Shown here piece by piece: positions 42,401 through 55,672 of a stretch of DNA of 64,000 nt. The position numbers and the translations under genes were made by a program. The stretch is from an uncultured Phycisphaerales bacterium (GTDB taxonomy: Bacteria; Planctomycetota; Phycisphaerae; Tepidisphaerales; Tepidisphaeraceae). The notes beneath the pieces are model-generated. The model was not told the DNA's origin, searched no databases, and worked only from the letters and a program-made list of their open reading frames with translations. Numbering within the stretch: position 1 is the first letter of the stretch; the number at the start of each line of letters is the position of its first letter. The stretch lies in NCBI GenBank assembly GCA_963755915.1, contig CAVWLP010000002.1, positions 576,001 to 640,000 on the forward strand. Direction: 5' to 3'.

Positions 42401-45400
42401 CGACAATATTTGAGTGGAACCGCCAAGCGTTACCGTGTCGCCGTAGTTTTGCGCTCCGGTCGTCGTTACATTCGCATCCAGCGTTGTACCGCCAGCGCCC
42501 GTCGTGGTGAGGCTGGCAAGCGAAGCCGTGTTGCCAACATCGGCGGCGAAAGTCTTGTTTCCGCTGCTGCTAACGGTCAGGTTGGAATTACCATTGAGCG
42601 TACTTTGGAAATCAACGCTCGAACCGTTGAGCATTTGTGTGGAACCGCCAAACGTCACCGCATCGCCATAGATCTGAGCGCCGGCGGTCGTTACGTTGGC
42701 GTCCAGAACCGTCGCGCCGGCGCCGGCGGTGGTCAGACTCGCCAACGGCGTCGTTGCCCCTACATTGGCGCCAAAGATTTTTACACCTGCGCTGCTGACG
42801 GTCAAATTGGAATTGCCATCCACGGCATCCTGAAAGGTCACGCTTCCACCCGTCAAAGTTTGTGCAGTGCCGCCCAGACTCACGGAGTTGCCGTATATTT
42901 GCACCCCGGTCGTCGTGACGCCGGCGTCGAGTGTCGTGTTGCCAGCGCCGCTAGTCACAAGACTTGTCAAAGGAACAATTCCGCCGACTTCCGCGTCAAA
43001 CGCCTTGGTCCCAACACCGGAAACCGTCAAGTTGCTGCCGCCATTAACAGTTCCCTGAAATGTAACGGTGTCGCCACCGAATGTTTGCGCCGCGCCGCCG
43101 AGCGTCACCGGTCCACTGTAATTCTGAAGGCCGGTGGTACTGACATTCCCATCGAGCGTTGTCGTGCCAGCACCGGTCGTGCTGAGGCTCGCTAGCGCCG
43201 TGGTTCCACCCACCGAGCCGGTGAATGTTTTTCCGCCGGCGCTGTTGACAGTGAGAGCGGAATCGCCGTTGAGCGTTCCATCGAAAGTAATGCTTGTACC
43301 GCTGAGCGTCTGTGTTGAACCGCCAAGTGTCGCCGAATTGCCATAAATCTGTGCTCCGCTTGTCGTGACATTGGCATCGAGCGTCGCGATTCCAGCGCCG
43401 GATGTTGTCAGACTCGTCAGGGAAGTGGTTCCACCGACGTTACCCATGAATACTTCGTTGCCGGAACTGCTGACTGTCAAATTCGATCCGCCATCCAGTG
43501 TTCCATTGAAGCTGATGCCGCTGCCGCTGAGTATCTGGCTCGCTCCGCCCAACGCCGCGGCCTCGCCGTAGGTTTGCGTGCCGCTAGTCGTCACGTTTCC
43601 ATCGAGCGTCGTCACGCCGGCCCCGGCGGCCGTGAGACTTGCCAGCGGCGTGACGCCGCCGATAGAAGCGTAAAATATCTTGCTTCCCGCGCTACTGACA
43701 GTGAGATTGGAATTGCCGTTGAGTGTCCCCTGCATCGTGACGCTGCTGCCACTCAGGGTTTGCGTCGAGCCTCCGAGTGTCACCGCGCCGCTGAATGTTT
43801 GTGCTCCCGTCGTGGTGACGCCGCCGTCCAGGACCGTGGTCCCCGATCCCGTCGTCGTCAGGCTGGTGAGTGGCGTCGTTGAACCGACGGCGGCCTCGAA
43901 TGTTTTATTCCCGCTGCTGTTGACCGTCAGAGCCGAAGCGCCGTCCAATGTACCCTGGAATGTGATGGCTGATCCGCTCAAGGCTTGAGTTAAGCCGCCA
44001 AGACTTACTGGATCGCCGTACGTCTGGGCGCCAACGGTTGTCACGCTTGCGTCCAGAGTGGTGACGCCGCCGCTGGCCGTGGTTAGGCTTGCCAATACGG
44101 TGGTGCCTCCAACGATGCTGTCGAACACCTTGTTTCCCCCGCCGGCGACTGTCAGATTGGTATTGCCGTCCAGCGTGGACTGAAAGGTCACGTTAGCACC
44201 GCTCAGGGTTTGACTACCGCCGCCCAGCGTCACCGCATCTCCATAAACCTGCGATCCGGCGGTCGTCACGTTCGCATCGAGCATCGTCGCGCCTGCGCTG
44301 GCAGTCGCCAGGCTCGCCAGCGGCGTGATTGAGCCCACCGCCGCTGCAAAGGTCTTTGTACCCGCACTGGTAACGGTTAGATTCGAATTGCCGTTGAGCG
44401 TTCCCTGAAAATCGACGCTCCCACCATTGAGCGCCTGCGTTGTTCCACCCAATGTTACGGCTCCGCCGTAGCTTTGTGCTCCCGTTGTCGTGACACCAGC
44501 GTCCAGGATCGTGGCGCTTGAGCCGGTCGTCGTCAAGCTGGTCAGCGGAGTTGTCCCGCCCACGGCGGCTTCGAAGGTTTTGTTGCCTGAACTACTAACC
44601 GTGAGATTGGAAGGTCCATTCAATGTTCCTTGGAAATCGACGCTGCTCCCGCCAAGCATTTGAGTGACGCCACCCAACACAACGGCGTTGCCATAGATTT
44701 GTCCACCCGTGGTCGTCACGCCGGCATCCAGAATGGTATTGCCGCTGCCAGTGGTGGTGAGGCTGGTCAACGCTGTCGTGCTGCCGACCGCGTCTTCAAA
44801 CGTCTTGGCACCGCCGCTGGTGAGGGTTAGAGCGGAACCACCGTTCAACGTTCCTTGGAAATCAACGCTGCCGCCATTGAGCGCCTGGGTAACCCCACCC
44901 AATGACACGGCCCCACCGTAGGTTTGTCCCGCGGTGGTCGTTACATTTGCATTCAGAGTCGTCGTGCCGGCTCCGCTTGTCGTCAAGCTTGTTAACGCAG
45001 TTGCTCCGCCGACCGCTCCGGTAAATATTTTGCTCCCGGAACTGGTCACGGTCAGATCGGAAGCGCCGTTGAGCGTTCCCTGGAACGTCACGCTGCCTCC
45101 GTTCAAGATTTCGGACGAGCCGCCCAGCGTCAGGGCCGTGCCGTAGGTTTGCGCTCCGGTTGTCGTTATGGCCGCGTCGAGTATCGTGCCGCCCGCGCCG
45201 CTGGTTGTCAGGCCGGTCAGCGGTGTTGAGCCCCCGACAGTCGCGCTGAATGTCTTGATGCCCGCGGTGCTGACGGTCAGATTGGAAGCTCCGTTCAGGA
45301 TTCCCGCGAAATCAACGCTTCCGCCGCTGAGGGTCTGGGTAGCACCGCCGAGATTGAGAGCGGTGTTGTAGTTCTGCGCGCCGGTTGTCGTGACATTGGC

Positions 45401-48400
45401 ATCCAATGTCGTCGCGCCGGAGCCACTGGTCGTCAGGCTCGTCAGTACCGTCGAGCCGCCCACGGCCGCCTCAAAGGTTTTGCTGCCTGCGCTGCTCACT
45501 GTTAAATCGGAGGTGCCGTTGAGCGTTCCCTGAAAATCCAGGCTCCCGCCGCTGAGAGTTTGTGACGTACCGCCCAGAGTCACGGCTCCGCCGTACGTTT
45601 GCGCCCCTGTGGTTGCCACACCGCCGTCCAGTACGGTCGTTCCCGACCCAGTCGTCGCCAGGCTGGTCAGCGGCGTAATTGCGCCGACGGATGCGTCAAA
45701 CGTTTTGCTGCCGCTGCTGCTGAGCGTCAAAGCCGATACGCCATCCACGGCTCCCTGAAACGTGACCGCGCTGCCGCTGAGTGTTTGCGTGGTTCCGCCC
45801 AGCGTGACCGCATTGTTGAAGCTCTGCGCCCGGTGGTGGTCACGTTGGCATCCAGCGTCGTCGTGCCGGCACCCGTGGTCGTCAGGCTCGTCAGGGCCGT
45901 CGTCGCGCCTATGGCACCGGTGAAGACCTTGTTGCCGGCGCTGGTGACGGTCAGGTTGGAAGCCCCGTTCAGCGTTCCCCCAAAGCTGACGCTGCCGCCG
46001 CTGAGCACTTGAGTCGCTCCGCCCAATGTGACGGCTCCACTATAGCTTTGTGCGCCGGTCGTTGTGACACCCGCGTTGAGGACGGTTGTTCCCACGCCAC
46101 TGGTTGCAAGGCTCGTCAATCCGGAGACTGTGTTCTCGAATGTTTTGGTTCCGCTGCTGCTCACGGTCAGGTTGAAAGGCCCGCTGACTGTTGATTGAAA
46201 GTCGATCGCACCGGTTCCGGAAGTCAGTGATGTATCCCCGCCGAGCGTGACCGCGCCGCCGAGCGTAAAAACGCCCGTTCCCGGCGCGGCAAACGCCCCG
46301 TTGATCGTCACAGGCGAGGTGGTCGTTAAGGAATTGACTGTTATGGGCGAAGACGTGCCCGAGCTATTGTCCAATGTGATATTCTTGTTGATAGAAACCG
46401 CCTCGTTGTACGTGCCCGGCGCGATGCCGAGCGTTCCGCCCGTCGCCAAAAGCGACAGACCCTGGCTGATGCTGCCAGCCGTGCCGACGTTCACCGTCGT
46501 ATCCGCCGCGTTACCAGTCAGGCTGGCGACGCTGATTGCACCGTTGAGCGTCACGCTGGGAGAGTTGACGGTCAGTCCAAATGCACTCGTTACGGTTGAA
46601 TTGAACGCAATAGTTCCACCGGTCGACCGGAATGTTTGCGATGCCACGTTAAGTGCGATGGGATCGCCATAGGTCTGGTTTCCGCTGGTCGTGACGCCGG
46701 CGAGGAAGATGTCCGCGCCGCCGCCGGTCGTCGTGAAGCTGGCCAGCGGAGTAATACCGCCGACGGCCCCTGTAAACGTCTTGGCCAAGACGCTGCCGAC
46801 GGTCAGATTGGACGCGCCGTCCAAGGTGCTGGCGAACGTGATGGCTCCGCCACCGCTCAATGTCTGCGTCGAGCCGCCGAGTGTGACGGCGGTTCCGTGG
46901 GATTCGCACAACGAGGTTATCACGTTGCCATTGATCGCCACTCCACCGGTTCCGGTGGTCGTGAGGCTGGTCAACGCGGTAGTTCCGCCGACGGAACCGC
47001 CGAATGTTTTAGTCCCGGTGCTGGTCACCGTCAGGGCGGAGCTTCCATCCACCGTGCTCTGAAAGTTGACGCTTCCGCCCGTCAGGGTCTGCGCAGTCCC
47101 GCCGAGTGTGACGGCGTCGCCGTAACTTTGTGCGCCGGTTGTCGTCACGGCGCCATCCAGTGTTGTGCCGCCACCACCACTGGTCGTCAGGTTCGTCAGT
47201 CCAGTCACGGCGTTTTCGAACGTCTTCGCTCCGCCGCTGGTGACGGCCAGAGTGCTTGCGCCCGTGATCGTCGATTGAAAGTCGATGGCTCCGGTCCCGG
47301 ACGCAAATGTTGAATTACCCAGCAACGTCAGCGCACGGACAGAGTGATTGCGCCCGAACCGCTCGCCGCAAAAGCGCCTTGCATCGTCACTGGCGATGCG
47401 ATCGACCAGGAAGCGGCCGTTACCGGCGAAGCCGTTCCGCCTGTGTTCACAACGGCAAAGTTGTGCGTGATCGACACCGCGTCGGAATACGTCGCCGGAT
47501 CAATGTTCAATGTCTGCAAAATGTTCGAGAGAGCGCGGTTCCATTGTTGATGCTGCCGCCCGAATGCACGTTGACGGTCAGGTTCGTCAGGCCCGGCACA
47601 AGCTGGCCATTCAGCGTGATCGGCGCTGAAAGATTCACGGTCGGCGCATCTAGCGTGAGATTATGCGAATTAGTGTTTCCGCTGGCATTGACGGCGTTGT
47701 TCACGCTGATGCTGACCGTCGCCAGGATGCTTACGTTGGCCAGGTTGAGTGCGGAAACGAGCGAAGCCGGTGTCTGATCGCCGCCGCTGCTCGCGATGGT
47801 CCAGGTCAAGGGATCCATCAGCAGCGTGCCGGTTCCGGCCGGCCCGGTCAGATCGGCCGAGCCGTCAAAAAGAAGCTTGCCGCCGCTGGATACCTCCGCC
47901 GAACCGCCGGCGCCGCCGCCGCTGCCGCGCGCCGAAATCTGGCCGGCAAAGTCGGTGGACTGGTTCGACCAGACCACGATCGCGCCGCCATTGCCATCGG
48001 CCAGTGCATCGGCTTTGAGCGTGGAGTCGGCGGAAAGGGTTGTGTCATTTGCCGCGGGAATTGTGCCCTCGCCATGCGATTCGCCGCCGATATAAATCGT
48101 GCCGCCTCCGGCGGAACCCGAAGCATCGACGGACGCGCTGTTCAGAGTGACATCGCCGCCTGTTACCACAACTCGCCCGCCTGTCTGTCTGGCACCGTGC
48201 GATGACGCCTCGAGCCGTCCAGAGACCTCAACGTTGCCGCTTCCCCCGTTGAGAATGATTTGCCCGGCAGTGGTTGATCCCGTGTGGTTAATGGCCAGGG
48301 AATAGATGTCGCCAACGGCGCTGGAATTGTGATTGATCGTCGCCCCCGGGGCGACTTTGACCAACACATCATCGTTGGCATGGCCGATATACACATCGTT

Positions 48401-48988
48401 CCCCGCCGCCATCACGACGGCACCCCGGTCGGCATTGATCGTGCCGGTATTGACGACTTGGCCGCCGATCAAGCTGACACCATTGGCGTAAATGCCGCCG
48501 GAGTTGGAGACGATGCCGGTGACTCCAGTGAAATGATCGACGCCGCCGAGAAAATCCGCATTGGAAAGATGTCCCCCGGCGGCAACGAGCTGGCCGACAT
48601 CCACCATCGCTGTGGAACCGAAGTAAACGCCCTGTTGGTTGAGAATATAGACTTGACCATTGCCGCGCAGCACGCCGTCGATTTCCGTCGGCTCCAGGCC
48701 CAGCACGCGATTGAGCACACGCGCCGAAGCAAACGGCTGGACAAATGTGACCGTTTCGCCGCGGGCGATGTTGAAACTCTGGTAGTTGATGATGGCATTG
48801 TTCCCGGCCGTAATCGTCAATCGTGGGCCGGCTTGAGAAAACGACGCCTGCCCCGATACGACCTGGGCGCCTCTGGGAGAAGCCTGCGCGGCTTCCATCA
48901 ACAGCGGCAGGAACAATGCCTGACAAGCGGCTGCCACCGGCAGAACCAATTTGGAAATGAGCGGTCTAATTCGTTTCGAACGGTTCAT
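39438..48988 (-). CDS. Giant filamentous-haemagglutinin-like TpsA (about 3180 aa reconstructed across four frameshifts)
   Basis: Signal peptide, TPS domain (AIINYQSFNI, VLNRV, NGQVYILNQQGVYFG), then more than 20 copies of a 75-aa Thr/Gly repeat. Confidence 0.88.
41756..46100 (-). repeat. Tandem 225-nt (75-aa) coding repeats of TpsA
   Basis: Unit TTTGAQxYGxAVTLGGxxQTLSGGSVxFQGTLNGxSNLTVSSxGxKTFxxxVG..L.SLTTxG.G.T.LDANV. Confidence 0.9.
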
Positions 48989-49002
48989 GGCACATCCCTC
49001 CG

Positions 49003-50947
49003 CTAATAGAGAAGCGTGACATCCAGATTGAATCTTCCGTCTCCCGCGCCAGGAGACGCCCGGCACGTTCAGTGAATTGAGCGCCCAGGCATAATCCGTC
49101 GTAACGGTCAGATTGTCCTTGAGGCGAAACGTAATTCCGACTCCAGCTCCCGCCAGGCAGGCGGAATTCGGCTCATTGTTGGCGGCGCCGTGGCTGTTGC
49201 CGACGATGGCCGCATCGATGAACGCGGTCGGCACAAGGTCCCAATCGGGCTGCGCGTACGCCGCCGGCGGCTGGTATCGAAAATCGTCGCCCAGCACACC
49301 CGGCCGATGGCCCAGGAATGTGCCCGGCGTGCCTATTCCCAGCGCTCGCGGCAAGTGAAAGCGGTACTCCAGGCTGGCGATTCCCGCCGAGTCGCCCGCA
49401 ATCACCGATTCAGGATAGCCGCGTACCGAATAGAGTCCGCCCGCCGCCTGCTGGTATTCCGGAATCAGGCGGTGATCGAAGGCATACTGGCCGCGAAGTG
49501 TTCCGACAATCTCATTGGCAAGCTTTGCGTGCGGCGACTGCGGATCATCGAAATCACCTGAAAAAAGTAGAGGTTCCAGATAGAAGGACTCGCCGATGTT
49601 GCCGCGTAACAGGACATAATTGCCGTCCGTATTGAGCCGGCCTAGAGCGTCTCGATCAACGGCGCTAGAAATGCGCGTGGCATTTGTCTCACCCGTGACC
49701 TGAATGCGGGTGGAATCGGTCTCGGTGTTCCGTTCGACCCGGACGCCCAGGTATGGAACAAAGAATTCGGCTTTGCCTTGCTCGTCCAACGTATTGTCAT
49801 TCACGCGAAACTCGTCTTCCCTGCCGCCCACGATGGCGTCAGCGAACCATTGCCGATGCTGGAAGAAGTTCCACGACAACTCGCCGCCGGCTGTCCAGCC
49901 GCTGCCGTCCAGATTGATCTGGGTCAGTCCAACGTCGCTTGCGGTAAATTGATTCCACGTGCCATAAATTTTGAAGCGAAGGCGGTCGTCAGAGGTCATT
50001 GGAAGATCGTAAGAACCGTCGAACTCCTGCGTGGGGCCAAATGATGCCGTGGAATAATTCAAGCTCAGGATGTCATCGTGATGGGTCAACTGGTTGTCGA
50101 CGAAGCCGAATTTCTCTCGCCATTCGCTGGTGTCCCTTGTGCCGGTATTGGAAAGCTCCGCGTAGACAAACCAGGGCTTGGTTTGTCGGACCAGATAATC
50201 CACGGTGACTTCGTCCTCGTTGCCATCGGAGGAGAGGGCCATTTCCACGTGCCGGCCCGGCTGTCGATTTAACAAAGCCAGGTAGTCTTCCAGCTCGTCC
50301 TTGTTGAGCAGATCGCGGCGCGTCGTCGGCTGCACGGGCGAATTGCGGCGAATCCGTTCCTCCGACATTCTGTTGATTCCCCCATCCGGATCCTTTTCAG
50401 CCCCGTCGCCGGAGACAATGCTCCTGACATCCTTCACCACTCCGACCACGACCACAAACTCGATTGTCCGCGGCATTGCCGCCGCGTCGGCGGGAAGATG
50501 ATCCAAATCCAGGTCCTTCGGATATACCAACACCCCGACGATTCCGGCACTATTGATGAACTCCTGAATTTGCTTCTCCAAGTCTCTGACCCCATTGGCC
50601 GAAACGAGCGGCGCATCTTGCGAAAGTCCCGCCAGAGACAAACGCGTCATCTCGCCCGAACCCTGACGCGACACATATCCGCCGGGGACTTTCTTCAGTT
50701 CGATCGGACATTGAAGAATGTTTTGCACCGGCGGCAAGCCCGCGTGTTCCTTGGCGTATTTCACGGAAAACGCCTCCACTCTTAATTGAGGTGTTTCCGT
50801 AAGCACCGTCGAAGGCGCGGTAGCGGGGATATTTGACGCGGCGATCGAGAAACTTTGCAGTCCGATGATGACAATGATCGCGCCAATCAACCATGAACAA
50901 TCCATGACGCTCTTACGTGTTTCGCAAGTTCGAAAAACTGCTCGCAT
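49003..50947 (-). CDS. TpsB (ShlB/FhaC/HecB family) transporter, frameshift near the C-terminus
   Basis: POTRA-like region, SNTGTRDT, GGLYSVRGYPE; reconstructed end GRFNLDVTLLY*. Confidence 0.9.
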
Positions 50948-51320
50948 TAGTCGATCCTTCGCGCCGCTTCATCGGAACGCTTGGCGAATTGAGTGCGCTC
51001 GATAACCCTGGCCAAATGTGTACCGCAGAATCGAGGAATCACTGCCTCGGCGTTCTGGCGCGTATCCTTCCTCTGCCGACTTCAACTCGGCGAAATCGTT
51101 GGAATGAATCACTATAGATTTAAATTTATCTACAATCGTAATTATCGCGCCCAGCGGAATGTTAGATGCGCCACCGTGCGCCGCGCGAATGTAATGCGTT
51201 TCACCGTCGGTCCGCTGCTTGAACGGGACGGTGGAGACTTGTCAGGCGTCTTTAAGAGTTTCGTGATCTTCAAGAACGATTGGTTCAAGGAGTTTCATCA
51301 AGCGGTCGAACATTTCAAAT

Positions 51321-52869
51321 ATGATGGAGGACCTGAGTCGATCGGAAGAACGCCGCATTGCCGCATTGCGGCATCTCAACATACTCGACACCCCTCGGGA
51401 GAAAGCATTTGACGATGTGGCGCAGCTGGCCGCGCAACTTCTCGCAGCGCCCATCGCGCTGGTGTCTCTGATCGAACGGGACCGCCAATGGTTCAAAGCG
51501 TGTGTGGGTCTGAATGTCAGTGAGACATCCCGCGAAGTATCGTTCTGCTCGCATGCGATTGCGCAAGAGAACCTGGAAGCTGTTTTCGTTATCCCGGATG
51601 CGACACAGGATCCAAGATTTTGCAATAATCCCCTTGTGACCGGTCCGCCCCACATCCGCTTGTACGCCGGCACTCCGCTCGTAACAGCTAACGGGCAGCC
51701 GGTCGGCTCGCTCTGCGTCATCGATACAAGGCCCGGGCAACCGACGCAGAAACAGCTTGAGGCACTGAGAGTTTTAGCGCACAGCGTCGTGGCGCAGATG
51801 GAATTGCGGCAAAGCGCCCAGGACCTGCGCGAGAGCGAAGAACTCAACCGACTGATCGTGAATAACGCGCTGGATGCCGTCATTACCGTCGATGCGGAAC
51901 GACGTGTAATGGCCTGGAACCCGCGGGCCCAGGCTATCTTCGGTTTGTCGGAAGCCGAAACGCGCGGACAGGCACTCGAACAACTGATCGTTCCAGCGGA
52001 TTCGCGTGTCGGTGACACCGCTCTCTTTTCCAGTTTATTCGCCATCGACAACGATACTCGTCTTAACCGACATATCGAAACGTCGCTGAGAAGACATGAC
52101 GGCAAGACATTTCCCGCAGAACTCTGCGTATCGCCGTTGCAGACGCGTGACGGTTGGATGTTTTCAGTCTTTGTGCGCGACATTTCAAAGCGCAAACGGG
52201 AAGAATCGGAACGCCTGGAGGCGGAGACGCGCAACGTGGTTATCTTCGCCATGGCGCGGCTCGCCGAATCGCGTGATCCCGAAACCGGCGCGCATATCGA
52301 GCGGGTTCAGAGTTATTGCCAGGCCCTGGCCGAACAGCTTGCGAGGACTGGACAACACCAGAGCCTCGTCGATCCCGAATTCATCCATTTGATGTATACG
52401 ACCAGCCCGCTGCATGATATTGGCAAGGTTGGCATTCCCGATGATGTATTGCTCAAGCCCGGCCGCTTGAGCGACCGTGAATTTGAGATCATGAAGACGC
52501 ACGCGACCATCGGAGCGGAAACGTTGGAAGCGGCGATGGCGCGATTTCCTAATACCCGGTTCCTGCGGTTGGCGCAACATTGCCGCAACCCATCACGAAC
52601 GCTTCGATGGAACGGGGTATCCAAATGGCTTGAAGGGAGAGGACATTCCGCTCTGTGGACGAATCGTCGCGCTCGCCGACGTGTACGATGCGCTGACAAG
52701 CCGGCGCGTCTACAAGGCCGCGTTTACGCACGATGTTGCCCGAGGGATCATCGTGAGAGAATCAGGCAAGCAGTTTGATCCCGCCATGGTGGCCGCGTTC
52801 CTGGTGATCGAGAGCAAATTCGAGGCGATCTACAAGCGGTTTGCCGAAACGAACTCTGTAGCCGCCTGA
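51321..52869 (+). CDS. GAF-PAS-HD-GYP cyclic dinucleotide phosphodiesterase (frameshift near 52575)
   Basis: ILDTPREKAFD/FCSHAI GAF, WNPRAQAIFG PAS, LHDIGKVG, HHERFDGTGYP, ADVYDAL. Confidence 0.92.
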
Positions 52870-52943
52870 ACGACTCCGTTTTTGTTTCAAGGCATGAGTT
52901 TTCCTGGCGAGTGGAGTGCCTGGACTTTTTCACGGATTGACAC

Positions 52944-53510
52944 GATGACAATTCGAAGAAAACTTTACCTCGGCTTCGTTGGCTCAGCGATATCTGTCGT
53001 GGTGGTCGGGGCGTTTAGCATTCACAGCTTGTCCGTGAAAGCCGGTTCCCTGCGCGAAACCATCGGTACGACACTCCGCGAAGTGAAGGACACCAGCTTG
53101 GCCGCTGAATCGGCAGTCGCCCTAGACGCAAAGATCGACGAGTTCGTAGACGCGATTGACTACAAACAAACCGCCCAAGCTCAGGCCGCAAAAAGCCAGA
53201 TCGCCAACAATTTCCAAAGCTTGGCTGACGCGACCGGTGGACTACGGGATGAGTCAGACGGAATTTTGAAGGCTGCGGACAGCCAGGATGAGATTCGGTA
53301 AGAAAGAGAGCATATGACCCAGGTCGACGAATTGGATGCCGACCGTGCGAAGTTACAGAGAAATTGGGACGCGATTTGTGCCGGCCTGGAGCATCAAGGT
53401 CGGGTTGATAATGGCCTTCTGCGCCTCAATGATGTGGAGAATCACCGCTTAGTATCCAAATCGCTTGATCTGCAACAAGGGGCGAGAACCGAAATCTCCG
53501 ATATGCACCT
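52944..53510 (+). pseudogene. Truncated four-helix-bundle sensor (MCP or histidine kinase N-terminus)
   Basis: MTIRRKLYLGF + TM helix, in-frame TAA at 53299, no second TM helix or output domain. Confidence 0.6.
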
Positions 53511-53632
53511 TCTAACTCGCCGCTCAGGAGTCCGGATGCGCCACCAACGATCAACAATTCAACCGTCTTGCTCGTCGTGAGATATTCTCCCAACGCGATA
53601 AGCGCCGATTTGATCGTTCCTGCGTCCAACAT
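53510..53632 (-). pseudogene. N-terminal fragment of a DUF6036-like nucleotidyltransferase
   Basis: IKSALIALGEYL...VELLIVGGASGLL, then similarity is lost. Confidence 0.5.
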
Positions 53633-53923
53633 CTGTCACCATATACGTCAGTAAAACCGTACTGATAATTACCTAACAAATCCAACGAAAAGTAGATAAT
53701 CCGTAATTGCTTGTATTGGATATGCTTACAGCTTCACGAATTGGTCGTTCGCCCTCTCTATGGTGGCCGAATCCTCGCTCGGTAACCGCAATTTTGGCCA
53801 TATCACATGGATAATACCGAGAGATTTTATTATACCATTGACTTATCTAGTACCAAACAATACCCTAACCCGTGTAGAGGCTCGCTCAAGTTGATTTAAT
53901 TTGGGTCTGTATGGAACACTGTC

Positions 53924-54301
53924 GTGATTGATATCGGAAATGAGCAACTTGTATCGCTGCGCAACGTCCCGAAGCTTCTGCCGACGCGCGGCAATGGCAA
54001 GCGCATCCACATCAGCGCCGTGTATCGTTGGGTCCAGAGGGGCATTCGCGGCAGCCGACTGGAAGTGATCCGCGTGGGCGGTACGACCTATACAAGTCGT
54101 GAGGCGCTACAACGATTTGCCTCACCCTCAGACGCATCCCGCGCGACGGTAGGCCATGGTTCAGCGGCGCGCGAGCGGCAAATTGACAAGGCAGTCCGAC
54201 GGGTTCAAGCTATTCTTTATCCCGGCAGGCGAGTTCCGGAATCGAGTTGCAACGGTCCACGAACTCCAACCGACAGTGCCTGTCCGCCCCGAACGAGTTG
54301 A
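53924..54301 (+). CDS. DUF1580 HTH protein, probable excisionase
   Basis: IHISAVYRWVQRGIRGSRLEVIRVGGTTYTSREALQRF; convergent with the integrase. Confidence 0.85.
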   Translation: MIDIGNEQLVSLRNVPKLLPTRGNGKRIHISAVYRWVQRGIRGSRLEVIRVGGTTYTSREALQRFASPSDASRATVGHGSAARERQIDKAVRRVQAILYPGRRVPESSCNGPRTPTDSACPPRTS

Positions 54302-54424
54302 TAGCGGGAACGTCGCGCTGAACTGTACTTACACTTCGCTTCAAAAACGGTTCAGCCCCGCTAGCCTTAAAGGGGCCGCGGGGCCGCACGGCGAATGAAT
54401 TCACCGGTACCGTATCGCTTCATC

Positions 54425-55654
54425 TTAACCCACTTCGGCCATGATTCGCTGCGCCGCAGCCACATTTTTTTCGGCGTAAACTTGCGTAACGAGCAATGTT
54501 TTGTGTCCGAGGATTACTTGGGCCGCCTCAAGCCCGAATTCCTTGCGAAGGTGGGTGGCGGCGCTATGCCTCAGTTGATTGGGGTGCCATCCCGGTACTA
54601 GCTTAACCTCCGCCGACACGGTCGGATTGTCCGCGTGTGCCTTGAGATCGGCCTTCTTGCAAGCATATTGGATCGCTCGATGGTACGCCTCCACCGTGTA
54701 GGCGTCGCCGGGCTGCCGTTTGGGCTTTCGGCGACGATTGCTTCCCGGTATGTTCCCGCAGGACATGGGCGTTTTTGCGCGGCCGACAACAATGCCCGGC
54801 GTTCGGCGACGGCATCAGCAGGCGAGAATAAGCAGCGATCGACGGCGCGATCCACAAAAAAAGGTCGGATAATCGTTTGGGCCTTAGGACCAAGATAGAT
54901 TGTCCGCACATGGCCATGATGCGCTGTCTTGTGTTGCGCGGCTTGTAAAGCCAGAGGGGTCCACTCGTGTCGATGTCCACGGGTCGCATTCGAATCACTT
55001 CGCCCGGCCGCATCCCTGTCAGCAGTTGCAATTCGATCATTGGCGCACTTGGCGCGACAGCATGGGAAGAACGGCCTGCACGATTTCGTCACTCACTGGC
55101 GTCACCGGCGCCGTTTCCCTCGCATCAGACCGGCCAGCGCGAATCCCGCCACCGCTTGCAAGGCGTGATATGTCGAAGCGGGGACCATTTCATTCTCGGT
55201 TGCAAATCGGAAAACTCGTTTTACCCGCCCCACCTGCTTGTTGATGTAGCTGCGCGCCCAGCCGAGACGAATCATCTCTTGGCGCACGGCCTTGAGTGCC
55301 AATGGTCCGAATTCACAGGCGGGCGTGCGGCCATACAATCGCTCTAGCGGCCGAGTCGCATCGCGGAAGTTGTCGAATTCGCTGGTCAGGGTACTATCGG
55401 GGCGACGGTAGTAGGACCGGGCATGTTCGTAAAACGCGGCAAGAATTTCGTCGACCGCATAATCGGCGTGATTTGCGCTGGACCGATACGCGCCCGCCGG
55501 CCAACCATTCGGCGATCGCACGATCGTACGCATCGCGACTCTCGTTGGACCCGAACTCGCCGAGATAGATATCTCGATCATTGATGGTGACGACCGCTTT
55601 GCCGGAAGGTTTGTGATGACGATACGCAGGAACAGCGTTTGAACGACGGGACAT
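54425..55654 (-). CDS. int: Tyrosine recombinase / integrase (several frameshifts)
   Basis: VPAYRHHKPSGKAVVTI, FGPLALKAVR, TGMRPGEV, HPNQLRH, LGH, QVY. Confidence 0.93.
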
Positions 55655-55672
55655 TGCAGCCTCCAGTCTGGA

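Noticed and set aside
47507-50947. 1146-aa ORF that looks like a TpsB-TpsA fusion
   Set aside because: Another frame gives a normal barrel end (RFNLDVTLLY, stop at 49003), followed by an RBS and ATG at 48988 with a signal peptide; the fusion comes from a frameshift
51242-52252. Long antisense ORFs here and elsewhere (for example 23246..24178, 56380..57405)
   Set aside because: Shadows of well-supported genes on the opposite strand in GC-rich DNA, with no motifs of their own
5865-55654. Programmed frameshifting or phase variation as the cause of split genes
   Set aside because: Breaks are scattered over unrelated genes with no shared slippery motif or long homopolymer; sequencing indels are simpler
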